This document shows, piece by piece, positions 37,460-56,600 of a stretch of DNA of 64,000 nucleotides. Numbering within the stretch: the first letter of the stretch is position 1; every line of letters begins with the position of its first letter. The notes under the pieces were generated by a model that had not been told where the DNA came from, made no database searches, and saw only the letters and a program-made list of their open reading frames with translations. Made by a program: the position numbers and the translations under genes. Origin of the DNA: Eledone cirrhosa (Eukaryota); assembly GCA_964016885.1 (NCBI GenBank), contig OZ024748.1:34224001-34288000 (forward strand), written 5' to 3'.

Positions 37460-37717
37460 GTAAATTAAAAGTGGAAAACTGGGAGAGGGCACTTGCCCTG
37501 GTGGTCAGGGTCACTGTGGCCCTTTAATGAGCTTTCTCCACAAATGTCCCTCGAAAGTCTCCCCCTTATTGCGGAATTTTTCATTGTTATTTTTTTGTTA
37601 CATCCTCTGTTTTTGTTTTTTTACACGCAGAAATACCCATTTGTATCGTCCTGTATTGTCCTATACTGTCCTTAATGTCTACTTTATGTAAACCCTTGTG
37701 GTTAATAAAGAAAGCAC

Positions 37718-37768
<51 letters not shown>
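37460..37768 (+). mobile_element. Probable non-LTR retroelement 3' end
   Basis: T-rich segment, AATAAA near 37704, then a (TAT)n tail. Family not identifiable. Confidence 0.4.
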
Positions 37769-37770
<2 letters not shown>

Positions 37771-37973
37771 TAGAAAAAGAATGAGAAGTTATATATACAC
37801 ATATATATCATTTTTTCAAATAATAATAATATAATGGAAAGTATATTTCTCAATGTTTTGTTTCAATTATACTTCAGAAGGGAATCTAATTTCTCATTTA
37901 CTCTCAATGTCTGTTGATTGTTATAATGTTGTTGTTGTTGTTGTATTTCCATTCTCTCTCTTTGTCTCTCTGA

Positions 37974-38082
<109 letters not shown>

Positions 38083-38202
38083 TTATTATGTGTGTGGGTG
38101 TAATTTGTTTGCAATGTATGCGGAATGTAAACGGAATAAAGCAATATAAATATATATAGAGAGAGATAGATATGTGCGTGTGCGTGTACATATATTTATA
38201 TG

Positions 38203-38415
38203 AAAAGATTCAGGACCCCAACGGCTGAGCTCCAGCTGTTTCGACAACTAAATCCGAATTAACCCACTAGTCTGCTGGCTTAGCTCGGATCTAGCTGTCG
38301 AAACAAACGGAGCTCAGCCGTCGGGGTCCTGAATCTTTATTACCCAATCTACTACCCCAAGTATCGAGTACTTTGGTGCTTTATCGTCCACCTGGTATCT
38401 TACCACACCTCCTTT
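38203..38415 (+). mobile_element. Family-A-related pLTR end with fold-back of the hammerhead 3' half
   Basis: 38203-38257 is inverted at ~38295-38338 (gtcgaaac...gagctcagccgtcggggtc). The following tail resembles 32284-32355. Confidence 0.7.
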
Positions 38416-38680
38416 TTATCATCGTAGTGGACTATTGTTTTCACATAAAATCCTAATGCTTTACTGAGTTATGTCAGTCAGCCTAGGTCAACCTTATTCT
38501 AACACACTTATGCTGAAAGGTGCCTCAGCTGCAACCTGCATCACTTTTGGGGTTATACAAGACTCAATTGTATTATGTGTCCTTTCATATATTTCTAATT
38601 GTGTGATTTGAGTGAAATTTAACACCTTCCACACAAGCCAATGGTATACCAACCAACACTCTGAAACACTTATAAAGACA

Positions 38681-41600
38681 AAACACACCACCACACAATT
38701 ACACTCCCACATTGACACAACACCACACCACCACACTCTCACACTCCCACATTGACACAACACCACACCACCACTCTCTCACACTCCCACATTGACACAA
38801 CACCACACCACCACACTCTCACACTCCCACATTGACACAACACCACACCAACACACACTCACACTCCCACAAGAACACAACACCACACCACCACACTCTC
38901 ACACTCCCACATTGACACAACACCACACCACCACACTCTCACACTCCCACATTGACACAACACCACACCAACACACACTCACACTCCCACAAGAACACAA
39001 CACCACACCACCACACTCTCACACTCCCACATTGACACAACACCACACCACCACACTCTCACACTCCCACATTGACACAACACCACATCAACACACACTC
39101 ACACTCCCACAAGAACATAACACCACACCACCACACTCCCACACTCCCCCATTGACACAACACCACACCACCACACTCTCACACTCCCACACTCCCCCAT
39201 TGACACAACACCACACCACCACACTCTCACGTTCCCACATTGACACAACACCACACCACCACACTCTCACACTCCCACAAGAACACAACACCACACCACC
39301 ACACTCTTGCACTCCCACATTGACACAACACCACAGCACCACACTCTCACACACCCACATTGACACAACACCACACCACCACACTCTCAGCCTCCCACAA
39401 GTACACACCACCACACCACCACACTCTTACACTCCCACATTGACACAACACCACACCACCACACTCTCATATTCCCACATTGACACAACACCACACCACC
39501 ACACACTTGCACTCCCACATTAACATAACACAACACCACCACACTCTTAGACACCCACATTGACACAACACCACACCACCACACTCTTACACTCCCACAT
39601 TTACACAACACCACACCACCACACTCTTAGACTCCCACATTGACACATCACCACACCACCACACTCTTACACTCCCACATTTACACAACACCACACCACC
39701 ACACTCTTAGACTCCCACATTGACACAACACCACACCACCACACTCTCACACTCGCACAAGGACACAACTCCACACCACCACACTCTCACACTCCCACAT
39801 TGATACAACACCACACCACCACACTCTCACACTCCCACATTGACACAACACCACACCAACACACACTCACACTCCCACAAGAACACAACACCACACCACC
39901 ACACTCTCACACTCCCACATTGACACAACACCACACCAACACACACTCACACTCCCACAAGAACACAACACCACACCACCACACTCCCACACTCCCCCAT
40001 TGACACCACACCACCACACTCTCACGTTCCCACATTGACACAACACCACACCACCACACTCTTACACTCCCACATTTACACAACACCACACCACCACACT
40101 CTTAGACTCCCACATTGACACAACACCACACCACCACACTCTTACACTCCCACATTTACACAACACCACACCACCACACTCTTAGACTCCCACATTGACA
40201 CAACACCACACCACCACACTCTTAGACTCCCACATTGACACAACACCACACCACCACACTCTCACACTCGCACAAGGACACAACTCCACACCACCACACT
40301 CTCACACTCCCACATTGATACAACACCACACCACCACACTCTCACACTCCCACATTGACACAACACCACACCAACACACACTCACACTCCCACAAGAACA
40401 CAACACCACACCACCACACTCTCACACTCCCACATTGACACAACACCACAACACCCCACTCTCACACTACCACATTGACACAACACCACACCAACACACA
40501 CTCACACTCCCACAAGAACACAACACCACACCACCACACTCCCACACTCCCCCATTGACACAACACCACACCACCACACTCTCACGTTCCCACATTGACA
40601 CAACACCACACCACCACACTCTCACACTCCCACAAGAACACAACACCACACCACCACACTCTCACACTCCCACATTAACACCACACCACACCACCACACT
40701 CTCACACACCCACATTGACACAACACCACAACACCACACTCTCACACTCCCACATTGACACAACACCACACCACCACACTCTTACACTCCCACATTGACA
40801 CAACACAACACCACCACACTCTTACACTCGCACATTGACGCAACACCACACCACCACACTCTTACACTCCCACATTGACACAACACAACACCACCACACT
40901 CTTACACTCGCACATTGACGCAACACCACACCACCACACTCTTACACTCCCACAAGAACACAACACCACACCACCACAACCTCACACTCCCACAAGAACA
41001 CAACACCGCACCACCACACTCTTACACTCCCACAAGAACACAACACCACACCACCACATTCTCACACTCCCACATTGACACAACACCACACCACCACACT
41101 CTCACACTCCCACATTGACACAACACCACCACACTCTTACACTCGCACATTGACGCAACACCACACCACCACACTCTTACACTCCCACAAGAACACAACA
41201 CCACACCACCACAACCTCACACTCCCACAAGAACACAACACCACACCACCACACTCTCACACTCCCACATTGACACAACACCACACCGCCACACTACTAC
41301 ACTCCCACATTGACACAACACCACACCACCACACTCTCACACTCCCACATTGACACAACACCACACCGTCACACTACTACACTCCCACATTGACACAACA
41401 CTACACCACCACACTCTCACACTCCCACATTGACACAACACCACACCGCCACACTACTACACTCCCACATTGACACAACACCACACCACCACACTCTCAC
41501 ACTCCCACATTGACACAACACTACACCACCACACTCTCACACTCCCACATTGACACAACACCACCACACTCTTACACTCGCACATTGACGCAACACCACA

Positions 41601-44600
41601 CCACACCACCACACTCTTACACTCCCACAAGAACACAACACCACACCACCACAACCTCACACTCCCACAAGAACACAACACCACACCACCACACTCTCAC
41701 ACTGCCACATTGACATAACACCACACCGCCACACTACTACACTCCCACATTGACACAACACTACACCACCACACTCTCACACTCCCACATTGACACAACA
41801 CCACACCGCCACACTACTACACTCCCACATTGACACAACACCACACCACCACACTCTCACACTCCCACATTGACACAACACCACCACACTCTTATACTCC
41901 CACAGTCACACAACACCACACCACCACACTCTCACACTCCCACATTGACACAACACCACACCACCACACACTCACACTCCCACATTGATACAACACCACA
42001 CCACCACACTCTTACACTCCCACATTGACACAACACCACACCACCACACACTTACACTCCCACAAGGACACAACACCACACGACCCCACTCTCACACTAC
42101 CACATTGACACAACACCACACCACCACACTCTCACACTCCCACATTGACACAACACCACACCAACACACACTCACACTCCCACAAGAACACAACACCACA
42201 CCACCACACTCTCACACTCCCACATTGACACAACACCACAACACCGCACTCTCACACTCCCACATTGACACAACACCACACCAACACACACTCACACTCC
42301 CACAAGAACACAACACCACACCACCACACTCCCACACTCCCCCATTGACACAACACCACACCACCACACTCTCACGTTCCCACATTGACACAACACCACA
42401 CCACCACACTCTCACACTCCCACAAGAACACAACACCACACCACCACACTCTCACACTCCCACATTAACACCACACCACACCACCACACTCTCACACACC
42501 CACATTGACACAACACCACAACACCACACTCTCACACTCCCACATTGACACAACACCACACCACCACACACTTACACTCCCACATTGACACAACACCACA
42601 CCACCACACTCTCACACTCCCACATTGACACAACACCACACCACCACACTCTTACACTCCCACATTGACACAACACAACACCACCACACTCTTACACTCG
42701 CACATTGACGCAACACCACACCACCACACTCTTACACTCCCACATTGACACAACACAACACCACCACACTCTTACACTCGCACATTGACGCAACACCACA
42801 CCACCACACTCTTACACTCCCACAAGAACACAACACCACACCACCACAACCTCACACTCCCACAAGAACACAACACCGCACCACCACACTCTTACACTCC
42901 CACAAGAACACAACACCACACCACCACATTCTCACACTCCCACATTGACACAACACCACACCACCACACTCTCACACTCCCACATTGACACAACACCACC
43001 ACACTCTTACACTCGCACATTGACGCAACACCACACCACCACACTCTTACACTCCCACAAGAACACAACACCACACCACCACAACCTCAAACTCCCACAA
43101 GAACACAACACCACACCACCACACTCTCACACTCCCACATTGACACAACACCACACCGCCACACTACTACACTCCCACATTGACACAACACCACACCACC
43201 ACACTCTCACACTCCCACATTGACACAACACCACACCGCCACACTACTACACTCCCACATTGACACAACACTACACCACCACACTCTCACACTCCCACAT
43301 TGACACAACACCACACCGCCACACTACTACACTCCCACATTGACACAACACCACACCACCACACTCTCACACTCCCACATTGACACAACACTACACCACC
43401 ACACTCTCACACTCCCACATTGACACAACACCACCACACTCTTACACTCGCACATTGACGCAACACCACACCACACCACCACACTCTTACACTCCCACAA
43501 GAACACAACACCACACCACCACAACCTCACACTCCCACAAGAACACAACACCACACCACCACACTCTCACACTCCCACATTGACACAACACCACACCGCC
43601 ACACTACTACACTCCCACATTGACACAACACTACACCACCACACTCTCACACTCCCACATTGACACAACACCACACCGCCACACTACTACACTCCCACAT
43701 TGACACAACACCACACCACCACACTCTCACACTCCCACATTGACACAACACCACCACACTCTTATACTCCCACAGTCACACAACACCACACCACCACACT
43801 CTCACACTCCCACATTGACACAACACCACACCACCACACACTCACACTCCCACATTGATACAACACCACACCACCACACTCTTACACTCCCACATTGACA
43901 CAACACCACACCACCACACTCTTACACTCCCACATTGACACAACACCACACCACCACACTCTCGCACTCCCACAAGGACACTACACCACACCACCACACC
44001 TTCACACTCCCACATTGACACAACACCCCACCACCACATTCTTATACTCCCACAAGGACACAACACCACACCACCACACACTTACACTCCCACAAGGACA
44101 CAACACCACACGACCCCACTCTCACACTACCACATTGACACAACACCACACCACCACATTCTTACACTCCCAGATTGACACAACGCCACAGCACCACATT
44201 CTAACACTCCCACAAGGACACAACACCACACCGCCACACTCTCGCATTCCCACAAGTACACAACACCATACCACCACACTCTCGCACCCCACAAGGACAC
44301 AAAACCAGACCACCACACACTTACACTCCCACAACGACACAACACCACACGACCCCACTCTCACACTACCACATTGACACAACACCACACCACCACACTC
44401 TCACACTCCCACAATGACACAACACCACACCACCACACTCTTAGACTCCCACATTGACACAACACCACACCACCACACACTTACACTCCCACATTGATAC
44501 AACACCACACCACCACACTCTTACACTCCCACAAGAACACAACACCACACCACCACACACTTACACTCCCACAAGGACACAACACCACACGACCCCACTC

Positions 44601-47600
44601 TCACACTACCACATTGACACAACACCACACCACCACACTCTCACACTCCCACAAGGACACAACACCACACCACCACACTCTTAGACTCCCACATTGACAC
44701 AACACCACACCACCACACTCTTACACTTCCACATTGACAAAACACCACACCACCACACTCTTACACTCCCACATTGACACAACACCACACCACCACACTC
44801 TCGCACTCCCACAAGGACACTACACCAGACCACCCCACTCTCACACTCCCATATTGACACAACACTACACCACCACATTCTTACACTCCCAGATAGACAC
44901 AACGCCACAGCACCACACACTCGTACTCCCACAAGTACACAACACCACACCACCACACTCTTAAACTCCCACATTGACACAACACCACACCACCACACAC
45001 TTACACTCCCACATTGACACAACACAACACCACCACGCCTTCACACTCCCACATTGACACAACACAACACCACCACGCCTTCACACTCCCACAAGGACAC
45101 AACAGCACACCCCCAAACTCTTAGACTCCCACATTGACACAACACCACACCACCACACTCTCACACTCGCACAAGGACACAACTCCACACCACCAATCTC
45201 TCACACTCCCACATTGATACAACACCTCACCACCACATCTTACACTCCCACAAGGACAAAACACCACACCACCATACTCTCACACTCGCACAAGGACAAA
45301 ACACCACACCACCTCACTCTCACATTCCCACATTGACACAACACCACACCACCACAATCTCACACACCCACAAGGACACAACACATACACCACCACACTC
45401 TCACACTCCCACATTGACACAACACCACAGCACCACACACTTACACTCTCACGTTGACGCAACACCACACCACCACACTCTTACACTCCCACATTGACAC
45501 AAAACCACACCACCACACTCTCACACTCCCACATTGACACAACACCACCACACTCTTACACTCCCACATTGACACAACACCACACCACCACACTCTCACA
45601 CTCCCACATTGACACAACACCACACCACCACACTCTTACACTCCCCACTTTGACACAACACCACACCCCCACACTCTTACACTCCCCACATTGACACAAC
45701 ACCACACCACCACACTCTCACACTCCCACATTGACACAACACCACACCACCACACTCTCACACTCCCACATTGACACAACACCACACCACCACACTCTTA
45801 CACTCCCCACTTTGACACAACACCACACCCCCACACTCTTACACTCCCCACTTTGACACAACACCACACCACCACCACACTCTTACACTCCCCACTTTGA
45901 CACAACACCACACCACCACACTCTTACACTCCCCACTTTGACACAACACCACACCACCACCACACTCTTACACTCCCCACATTGACACAACACCACACCA
46001 CCACACTCTTACACTTCCACATTGACACAACACCACACCACCACACTCTCACACTCCCACATTGACACAACACCACACCACCACACTCTTACACTCCCCA
46101 CATTGACACAACACCACACCCCCACACTCTTACACTCCCCACATTGACACAACACCACACCACCACACTCTCACACTCCCACATTGACACAACACCACAC
46201 CACCACACTCTCACACTCCCATATCGACACAATACCACACCACCACACTCTTACACTCCCACATTGACACAACACCACACCACCACACTCTTACACTCCC
46301 CACATTGACACAACATCACACCACAACACTCTCACACTCCCCACATTGACACAACACCACACCACCACACTCTTACACTCCCACATTGACACAACACCAC
46401 ACCACCACACTCTCACACTGCCACATTGACACAACACCACACGACCACACTCTTACACTCCCACATTGAAATAACACCACACCACGACATTCTCACACTC
46501 CCACATAGAAACAACACCACACCACCACATTCTTATACTCCCACAAGGACACAACACGACACCACCACACTCTTACACTCCCACATTGACACAACACCAC
46601 AGCACCACACTCTCACACCCACAAGAACAAAATACCACACAACCACATTCTCACATTCCCACATTGACACAACACCACACCACCACACACTTCCACTCCC
46701 ACATTGACACAGCACCACACCACCACACTCTTACACTCCCACATTGATACAACACCACACCACCACACTCTTACACTCCCACAAGAACACAACACCACAC
46801 CACCACACACTTACACTCCCACAAGGACACAACACCACACGAACCCACTCTCACACTCCCACATTGATACAACACCTCACCACCACATCTTACACTCCCA
46901 CAAGGACAAAACACCACACCACCATACTCTCACACTCGCACAAGGACAAAACACCACACCACCTCACTCTCACACTCCCACATTGACACAACACCACACC
47001 ACCACACTCTTACACTCCCCACTTTGACACAACACCACACCACCACCACACTCTTACACTCCCCACATTGACACAACACCACACCCCCACACTCTTACAC
47101 TTCCACATTGACACAACACCACACCACCACACTCTCACACTCCCACATTGACACAACACCACACCACCACACTCTTACACTCCCCACATTGACACAACAC
47201 CACACCCCCACACTCTTACACTCCCCACATTGACACAACACCACACCACCACACTCTCACACTCCCACATTGACACAACACCACACCACCACACTCTCAC
47301 ACTCCCATATCGACACAATACCACACCACCACACTCTTACACTCCCACATTGACACAACACCACACCACCACACTCTTACACTCCCCACATTGACACAAC
47401 ATCACACCACCACACTCTCACACTCCCCACATTGACACAACACCACACCACCACACTCTTACACTCCCACATTGACACAACACCACACCACCACACTCTC
47501 ACACTGCCACATTGACACAACACCACACGACCACACTCTTACACTCCCACATTGAAATAACACCACACCACCACATTCTCACACTCCCACATAGAAACAA

Positions 47601-50600
47601 CACCACACCACCACATTCTTATACTCCCACAAGGACACAACACGACACCACCACACTCTTACACTCCCACATTGACACAACACCACAGCACCACACTCTC
47701 ACACTCACAAGAACAAAATACCACACCACCACACTCTCACATTCCCACATTGACACAACACCACACCACCACACACTTCCACTCCCACATTGACACAGCA
47801 CCACACCACCACAGTCTCACACTCCCACATTGACACAACACCACACCACCACACTCTTACACTCCCACATTGACACAACACCACAGCACCACACACATAC
47901 ACTCTCACATTGACGCAACACCACACCACCACACTCTTACACTCCCACATTGACACAACACCTCACCACCACACTCTTACACTCCCATTAAGAAAACAAC
48001 ACCACACCACCACCCTCTCACACTCCTACATTGACACAACACCACACCGCCGCACTATTACACTCCCACATTGAAACAACAACACCACACTCTTATACGC
48101 CCACAGTCACACCACACCACCACACTCTCACACTCCCACATTGACACAACACCACACCGCCACACTACTACACTCCCACATTGACACAACACTACACCAC
48201 CACACTCTCACACTCCCACATTGACACAACACCACACCGCCACACTACTACACTCCCACATTGACACAACACCACACCACCACACTCTCACACTCCCACA
48301 TTGACACAACACTACACCACCACACTCTCACACTCCCACATTGACACAACACCACCACACTCTTACACTCGCACATTGACGCAACACCACACCACACCAC
48401 CACACTCTTACACTCCCACAAGAACACAACACCACACCACCACAACCTCACACTCCCACAAGAACACAACACCACACCACCACACTCTCACACTCCCACA
48501 TTGACACAACACCACACCGCCACACTACTACACTCCCACATTGACACAACACTACACCACCACACTCTCACACTCCCACATTGACACAACACCACACCGC
48601 CACACTACTACACTCCCACATTGACACAACACTACACCACCACACTCTCACATTCCCACATTGACACAACACCACACCACCACACTCTTACACTCCCACA
48701 TTGACACAACACCACACCACCACATCCTCACACTCCCACAAGGACACAACACCACACCACCAGAAACTCACACTCCCACAAGAACACAACACCACACCAC
48801 CACACTCTAACACTCCCACAAGGACACAACACCACACCACCACACTCTCACACTCCCACATTGATACAACACCACACCACCACACTCTTACACTCCCCAC
48901 ATTGACACAACACTACACCACCACACTCTTACACTCCCCACATTGACACAACACCCCACCCCCACACTCTTTCACTCCCACATTGACACAACACCACACC
49001 ACCACACTCTCACACTCCCACATTGACACAACACCACACCACCACACTCTTACACTCCACACTTTGACACAACACCACACCCCCACACCCTTACACTCCC
49101 CACATTGACACAACACCACGCCACCACACTCTCACACTCCCACATTGACACAACACCACACCACCACACTCTTACACTCCCCACTTTGACACAACACCAC
49201 ACCACCACACTCTTACACTCCCCACTTTGACACAACACCACACCACCACACTCTCACACTCCCACATTGACACAACACCACACCACCACACTCTTACACT
49301 CCCCACATTGACACAACACCACACCACCACACTCTTACGCTCCCCACTTTGACACAACACCACACCACCACACTCTTACACTCCCCACATTGACACAACA
49401 CCACACCACCACACTCTCACACTCTCACACTCCCACATTGACACAACACCACACCACCACACTCTCACACTCCCACATTGACACAACACCACACCACCAC
49501 ACTCTCACACTCCCACATTGACACAACACCACACCACCACACTCTTACACTCCCCACTTTGACACAACACCACACCACCACACTCTCACACTCCCACATT
49601 GACACAACACCACACCACCACACTCTTACACTCCCCACTTTGACACAACACCACACCACCACACTCTCACACTCCCACATTGACACAACACCACACCACC
49701 ACAACCTCACACTCCCACAAGAACACAACACCACACCACCACACTCTCACACTCCCATATCGACACAATACCACACCACCACACTCTTACACTCCCACAT
49801 TGACACAACACCACACCACCACACTCTTACACTCCCCACATTGACACAACATCACACCACCACACTCTCACACTCCCCACATTGACACAACACCACACCA
49901 CCACACTCTTACACTCCCACATTGACACAACACCACACCACCACACTCTCACACTGCCACATTGACACAACACCACACGACCACACTCTTACACTCCCAC
50001 ATTGAAATAACACCACACCACCACATTCTCACACTCCCACATAGAAACAACACCACACCACCACATTCTTATACTCCCACAAGGACACAACACGACACCA
50101 CCACACTCTTACACTCCCACATTGACACAACACCACAGCACCACACTCTCACACTCACAAGAACAAAATACCACACCACCACACTCTCACATTCCCACAT
50201 TGACACAACACCACACCACCACACACTTCCACTCCCACATTGACACAGCACCACACCACCACAGTCTCACACTCCCACATTGACACAACACCACACCACC
50301 ACACTCTTACACTCCCACATTGACACAACACCACAGCACCACACACATACACTCTCACATTGACGCAACACCACACCACCACACTCTTACACTCCCACAT
50401 TGACACAACACCTCACCACCACACTCTTACACTCCCATTAAGAAAACAACACCACACCACCACCCTCTCACACTCCTACATTGACACAACACCACACCGC
50501 CGCACTATTACACTCCCACATTGAAACAACAACACCACACTCTTATACGCCCACAGTCACACCACACCACCACACTCTCACACTCCCACATTGACACAAC

Positions 50601-53600
50601 ACCACACCGCCACACTACTACACTCCCACATTGACACAACACTACACCACCACACTCTCACACTCCCACATTGACACAACACCACACCGCCACACTACTA
50701 CACTCCCACATTGACACAACACCACACCACCACACTCTCACACTCCCACATTGACACAACACTACACCACCACACTCTCACACTCCCACATTGACACAAC
50801 ACCACCACACTCTTACACTCGCACATTGACGCAACACCACACCACACCACCACACTCTTACACTCCCACAAGAACACAACACCACACCACCACAACCTCA
50901 CACTCCCACAAGAACACAACACCACACCACCACACTCTCACACTCCCACATTGACACAACACCACACCGCCACACTACTACACTCCCACATTGACACAAC
51001 ACTACACCACCACACTCTCACACTCCCACATTGACACAACACCACACCGCCACACTACTACACTCCCACATTGACACAACACTACACCACCACACTCTCA
51101 CATTCCCACATTGACACAACACCACACCACCACACTCTTACACTCCCACATTGACACAACACCACACCACCACATCCTCACACTCCCACAAGGACACAAC
51201 ACCACACCACCAGAAACTCACACTCCCACAAGAACACAACACCACACCACCACACTCTAACACTCCCACAAGGACACAACACCACACCACCACACTCTCA
51301 CACTCCCACATTGATACAACACCACACCACCACACTCTTACACTCCCCACATTGACACAACACTACACCACCACACTCTTACACTCCCCACATTGACACA
51401 ACACCCCACCCCCACACTCTTTCACTCCCACATTGACACAACACCACACCACCACACTCTCACACTCCCACATTGACACAACACCACACCACCACACTCT
51501 TACACTCCACACTTTGACACAACACCACACCCCCACACCCTTACACTCCCCACATTGACACAACACCACGCCACCACACTCTCACACTCCCACATTGACA
51601 CAACACCACACCACCACACTCTTACACTCCCCACTTTGACACAACACCACACCACCACACTCTTACACTCCCCACTTTGACACAACACCACACCACCACA
51701 CTCTCACACTCCCACATTGACACAACACCACACCACCACACTCTTACACTCCCCACATTGACACAACACCACACCACCACACTCTTACGCTCCCCACTTT
51801 GACACAACACCACACCACCACACTCTTACACTCCCCACATTGACACAACACCACACCACCACACTCTCACACTCTCACACTCCCACATTGACACAACACC
51901 ACACCACCACACTCTCACACTCCCACATTGACACAACACCACACCACCACACTCTCACACTCCCACATTGACACAACACCACACCACCACACTCTTACAC
52001 TCCCCACTTTGACACAACACCACACCACCACACTCTCACACTCCCACATTGACACAACACCACACCACCACACTCTTACACTCCCCACTTTGACACAACA
52101 CCACACCACCACACTCTCACACTCCCACATTGACACAACACCACACCACCACAACCTCACACTCCCACAAGAACACAACACCACACCACCACACTCTAAC
52201 ACTCCCACAAGGACACAACACCACACCACCACACTCTTACACTCCCCACATTGACACAACACCACACCACCACACTCTTACACTCCCCACTTTGACACAA
52301 CACCACACCACCACACTCTTACACTCCCCACTTTGACACAACACAACACCACCACACTCTTACACTCCCCACATTGACACAACACCACACCCCCACACTC
52401 TTACACTTCCACATTGACACAACACCACACTACCACACTCTCACACTCCCACATTGACACAACACCACACCACCACACTCTTACACTCCCCACATTGACA
52501 CAACACCACACCCCCACACTCTTACACTCCCCACATTGACACAACACCACACCACCACACTCTCACACTCCCACATTGACACAACACCACACCACCACAC
52601 TCTCACACTCCCATATCGACACAACACCACACCACCACACTCTTACACTCCCACATTGACACAACACCACACCACCACACTCTTACACTCCCCACATTGA
52701 CACAACATCACACCACCACACTCTCACACTCCCCACATTGACACAACACCACACCACCACACTCTTACACTCCCACATTGACACAACACCACACCACCAC
52801 ACTCTCACACTCCCACATTGTCACAACACCACACGACCACACTCTTACACTCCCACATTGAAATAACACCACACCAGGATATTCTCACACTCCCACATAG
52901 AAACAACACCACACCACCACATTCTTATACTCCCACAAGGACACAACACGACACCACCACACTCTTACACTCCCACATTGACACAACACCACAGCACCAC
53001 ACTCTCACACCCACAAGAACAAAACACCACACCACCACACTCTCACATTCCCACATTGACACAACACCACACCACCACACACTTACACTCCCACATTGAC
53101 ACAGCACCACACCACCACAGTCTCACACTCCCACATTGACACAACACCACACCACCACACTCTTACACTCCCACATTGACACAACACCACACACATACAC
53201 TCTCACATTGACGCCACACCACACCACCACACTCTTACACTCCCACATTGACACAACACCACACCACCACACTCTTACACTCCCATAAGAAAACAACACC
53301 ACACCACCACACACTTACACACCCACATTGACACAACACCACACCGCCGCACTATTACACTCCCACATTGAAACAACAACACCACACTCTTATACTCCCA
53401 CAGTCACACAACAACACACCACCACACTCTCACACTCCCACATTGACACAACACCACACCACCACACTCTTACACTCCCACATTGACACAACACCACACC
53501 ACCACACTCTTACACTCCCACATTGACACAACACTACACCACCACACTCTCACATTCCCACATTGACACAACACCACACCACCACACTCTTACACTCCCA

Positions 53601-56600
53601 CATTGATACAACACCACACCACCACACTCTCACACACCCACAAGGACACAACACCACACCATCACAACCTCACACTCCCACAAGAACACAACACCACACC
53701 ACCACACTCTAACACTCCCACAAGGACACAACACCACACCACCACACTCTCACACTCCCACATTGACACAACACCACACCACCACACTCTTACACTCCCA
53801 CATTGACACAACACCACACCACCACACTCCCACATTGACACAACAACACCACACTCTTATACTCACACACTCACACAACACCACACCACCACACTCTCAC
53901 GCTCCCAGATTGACACAACACCACACCTCCACACTCTCACACTCCCACATTGACACAACACCACACCACCACAATCTCACACTCCCACATTGACACAACA
54001 CCACACCACCACACTCTCACACTCCCACATTGACACAACAACACACCACCACACTCTTACACTCCCACATTGACACAACACTACACCACCACACTCTCAC
54101 ATTCCCACATTGACACAACACCACACCACCACACTCTTACACTCCCACATTGACACAACACCACACCACCACATCCTCACACTCCCACAAGGACACAACA
54201 CCACACCACCACAACCTCACACTCCCACAAGAACACAACACCACACCACCACACTCTAACACTCCCACAAGGACACAACACCACACCACCACACTCTCAC
54301 ACTCCCACATTGATACAACACCACACCACCACACTCTTACACTCCCCACATTGACACAACACTACACCACCACACTCTTACACTCCCCACATTGACACAA
54401 CACCACACCACCACACTCTCACACTCCCACATTGACACAACACCACCACAATCTTACACTCCGCACATTGACACAACACCCCACCCCCACACTCTTACAC
54501 TCCCACATTGACACAACACCACACCACCACACTCTCACACTCCCACATTGACACAACACCACACCACCACACTCTTACACTCCCCACTTTGACACAACAC
54601 CACACCCCCACACTCTTACACTCCTACATTGACACAACACCACACCACCACACTCTCACACTCCCACATTGACACAACACCACACCACCACACTCTCACA
54701 CTCCCACATTGACACAACACCACACCACCACACTCTCACACTCCCACATTGACACAACACCACACCACCACACTCTCACACTCCCACATTGACACAACAC
54801 CACACCACCACACTCTCACACTCCCACATTGACACAACACCACACCACCACACTCTTACACTCCCCACTTTGACACAACACCACACCACCTCACTCTCAC
54901 ACTCCCACATTGACACAACACCACACCCCCACACTCTTACACTCCCACATTGACACAACACCACACCACCACACTCTCACACTCCCACATTGACACAACA
55001 CCACACCACCACACTCTTACACTTCCCACATTGACACAACACCACACCCCCACACTCTTACACTCCCCACATTGACACAACACCACGCCACCACACTCTC
55101 ACACTCCCCACATTGACACAACACCACAACACCACACTCTTACACTCCCCACTTTGACACAACACCACACCACCACACTCTCACACTACCACATTGACAC
55201 AACACCACACCCCCACACTCTTACACTTCCACATTGACACAACACCACACCACCACACTCTCACACTCCCACATTGACACAACACCACACCACCACACTC
55301 TTACACTCCCCACATTGACACAACACCACACCCCCACACTCTTACACTCCCCACATTGACACAACACCACGCCACCACACTCTCACACTCCCATATCGAA
55401 ACAACACCACACCACCACACTCTTACACTCCCACATTGACACAACACCACACCACCACACTCTTACACTCCCCACATTGACACAACATCACACCACCACA
55501 CTCTCACACTCCCCACATTGACACAACACCACACCACCACACTCTTACACTCCCACATTGACACAACACCACACCACCACACTCTCACACTCCCACATTG
55601 ACACAACACCACACGACCTCACTCTTACACTCCCACAAGAACACAACACCACACCACCACACTCTTACACTCCCACATTGACACAACACCACACCATCAC
55701 ACTCTCACACTCCCACATTGACACAACACCACACCACCACACTCTTACACTCCCACATTGACACAACGCCACACCACCACACTCTTACACTCCCCACATT
55801 GACACAACACCACACCACCACACTCTCACACTCCCATATCGACACAACACCACACCACCACACTCTTACACTCCCACATTGACACAACACCACACCACCA
55901 CACTCTCACACACCCACAAGGACACAACACCACACCACCACAACCTCACACTCCCACAAGAACACAACACCACACCACCACACTCTAACACTCCCACAAG
56001 GACACAACACCACACCACCACACTCTCACACTCCCACATTAACACAACACCACAACACCACACTCTTACACTCCCACATTGACACAACACCACACCACCA
56101 CACTCTCACACTCCCACATTGAAACAACACCACACCACCACACTCTTACACTCCCACATTGACACAACACTACACCACCACACTCTCACATTCCCACATT
56201 GACACAACACCACACCACCACACTCTTACACTCCCACATTGACACAACACCACACCACCACATCCTCACACTCCCACAAGGACACAACACCACACCACCA
56301 CAACCTCACACTCCCACAAGAACACAACACCACACCACCACACTCTAACACTCCCACAAGGACACAACACCACACCACCACACTCTCACACTCCCACATT
56401 GATACAACACCACACCACCACACTCTTACACTCCCCAAATTGACACGACACTACACCACCACACTCTTACACTCCCCACATTGACACAACACCACACCAC
56501 CACACTCTCACACTCCCACATTGATACAACAATACACCACCACACTCTTACACTCCCCACATTGACACAACACCACCACAATCTTACACTCCGCACATTG

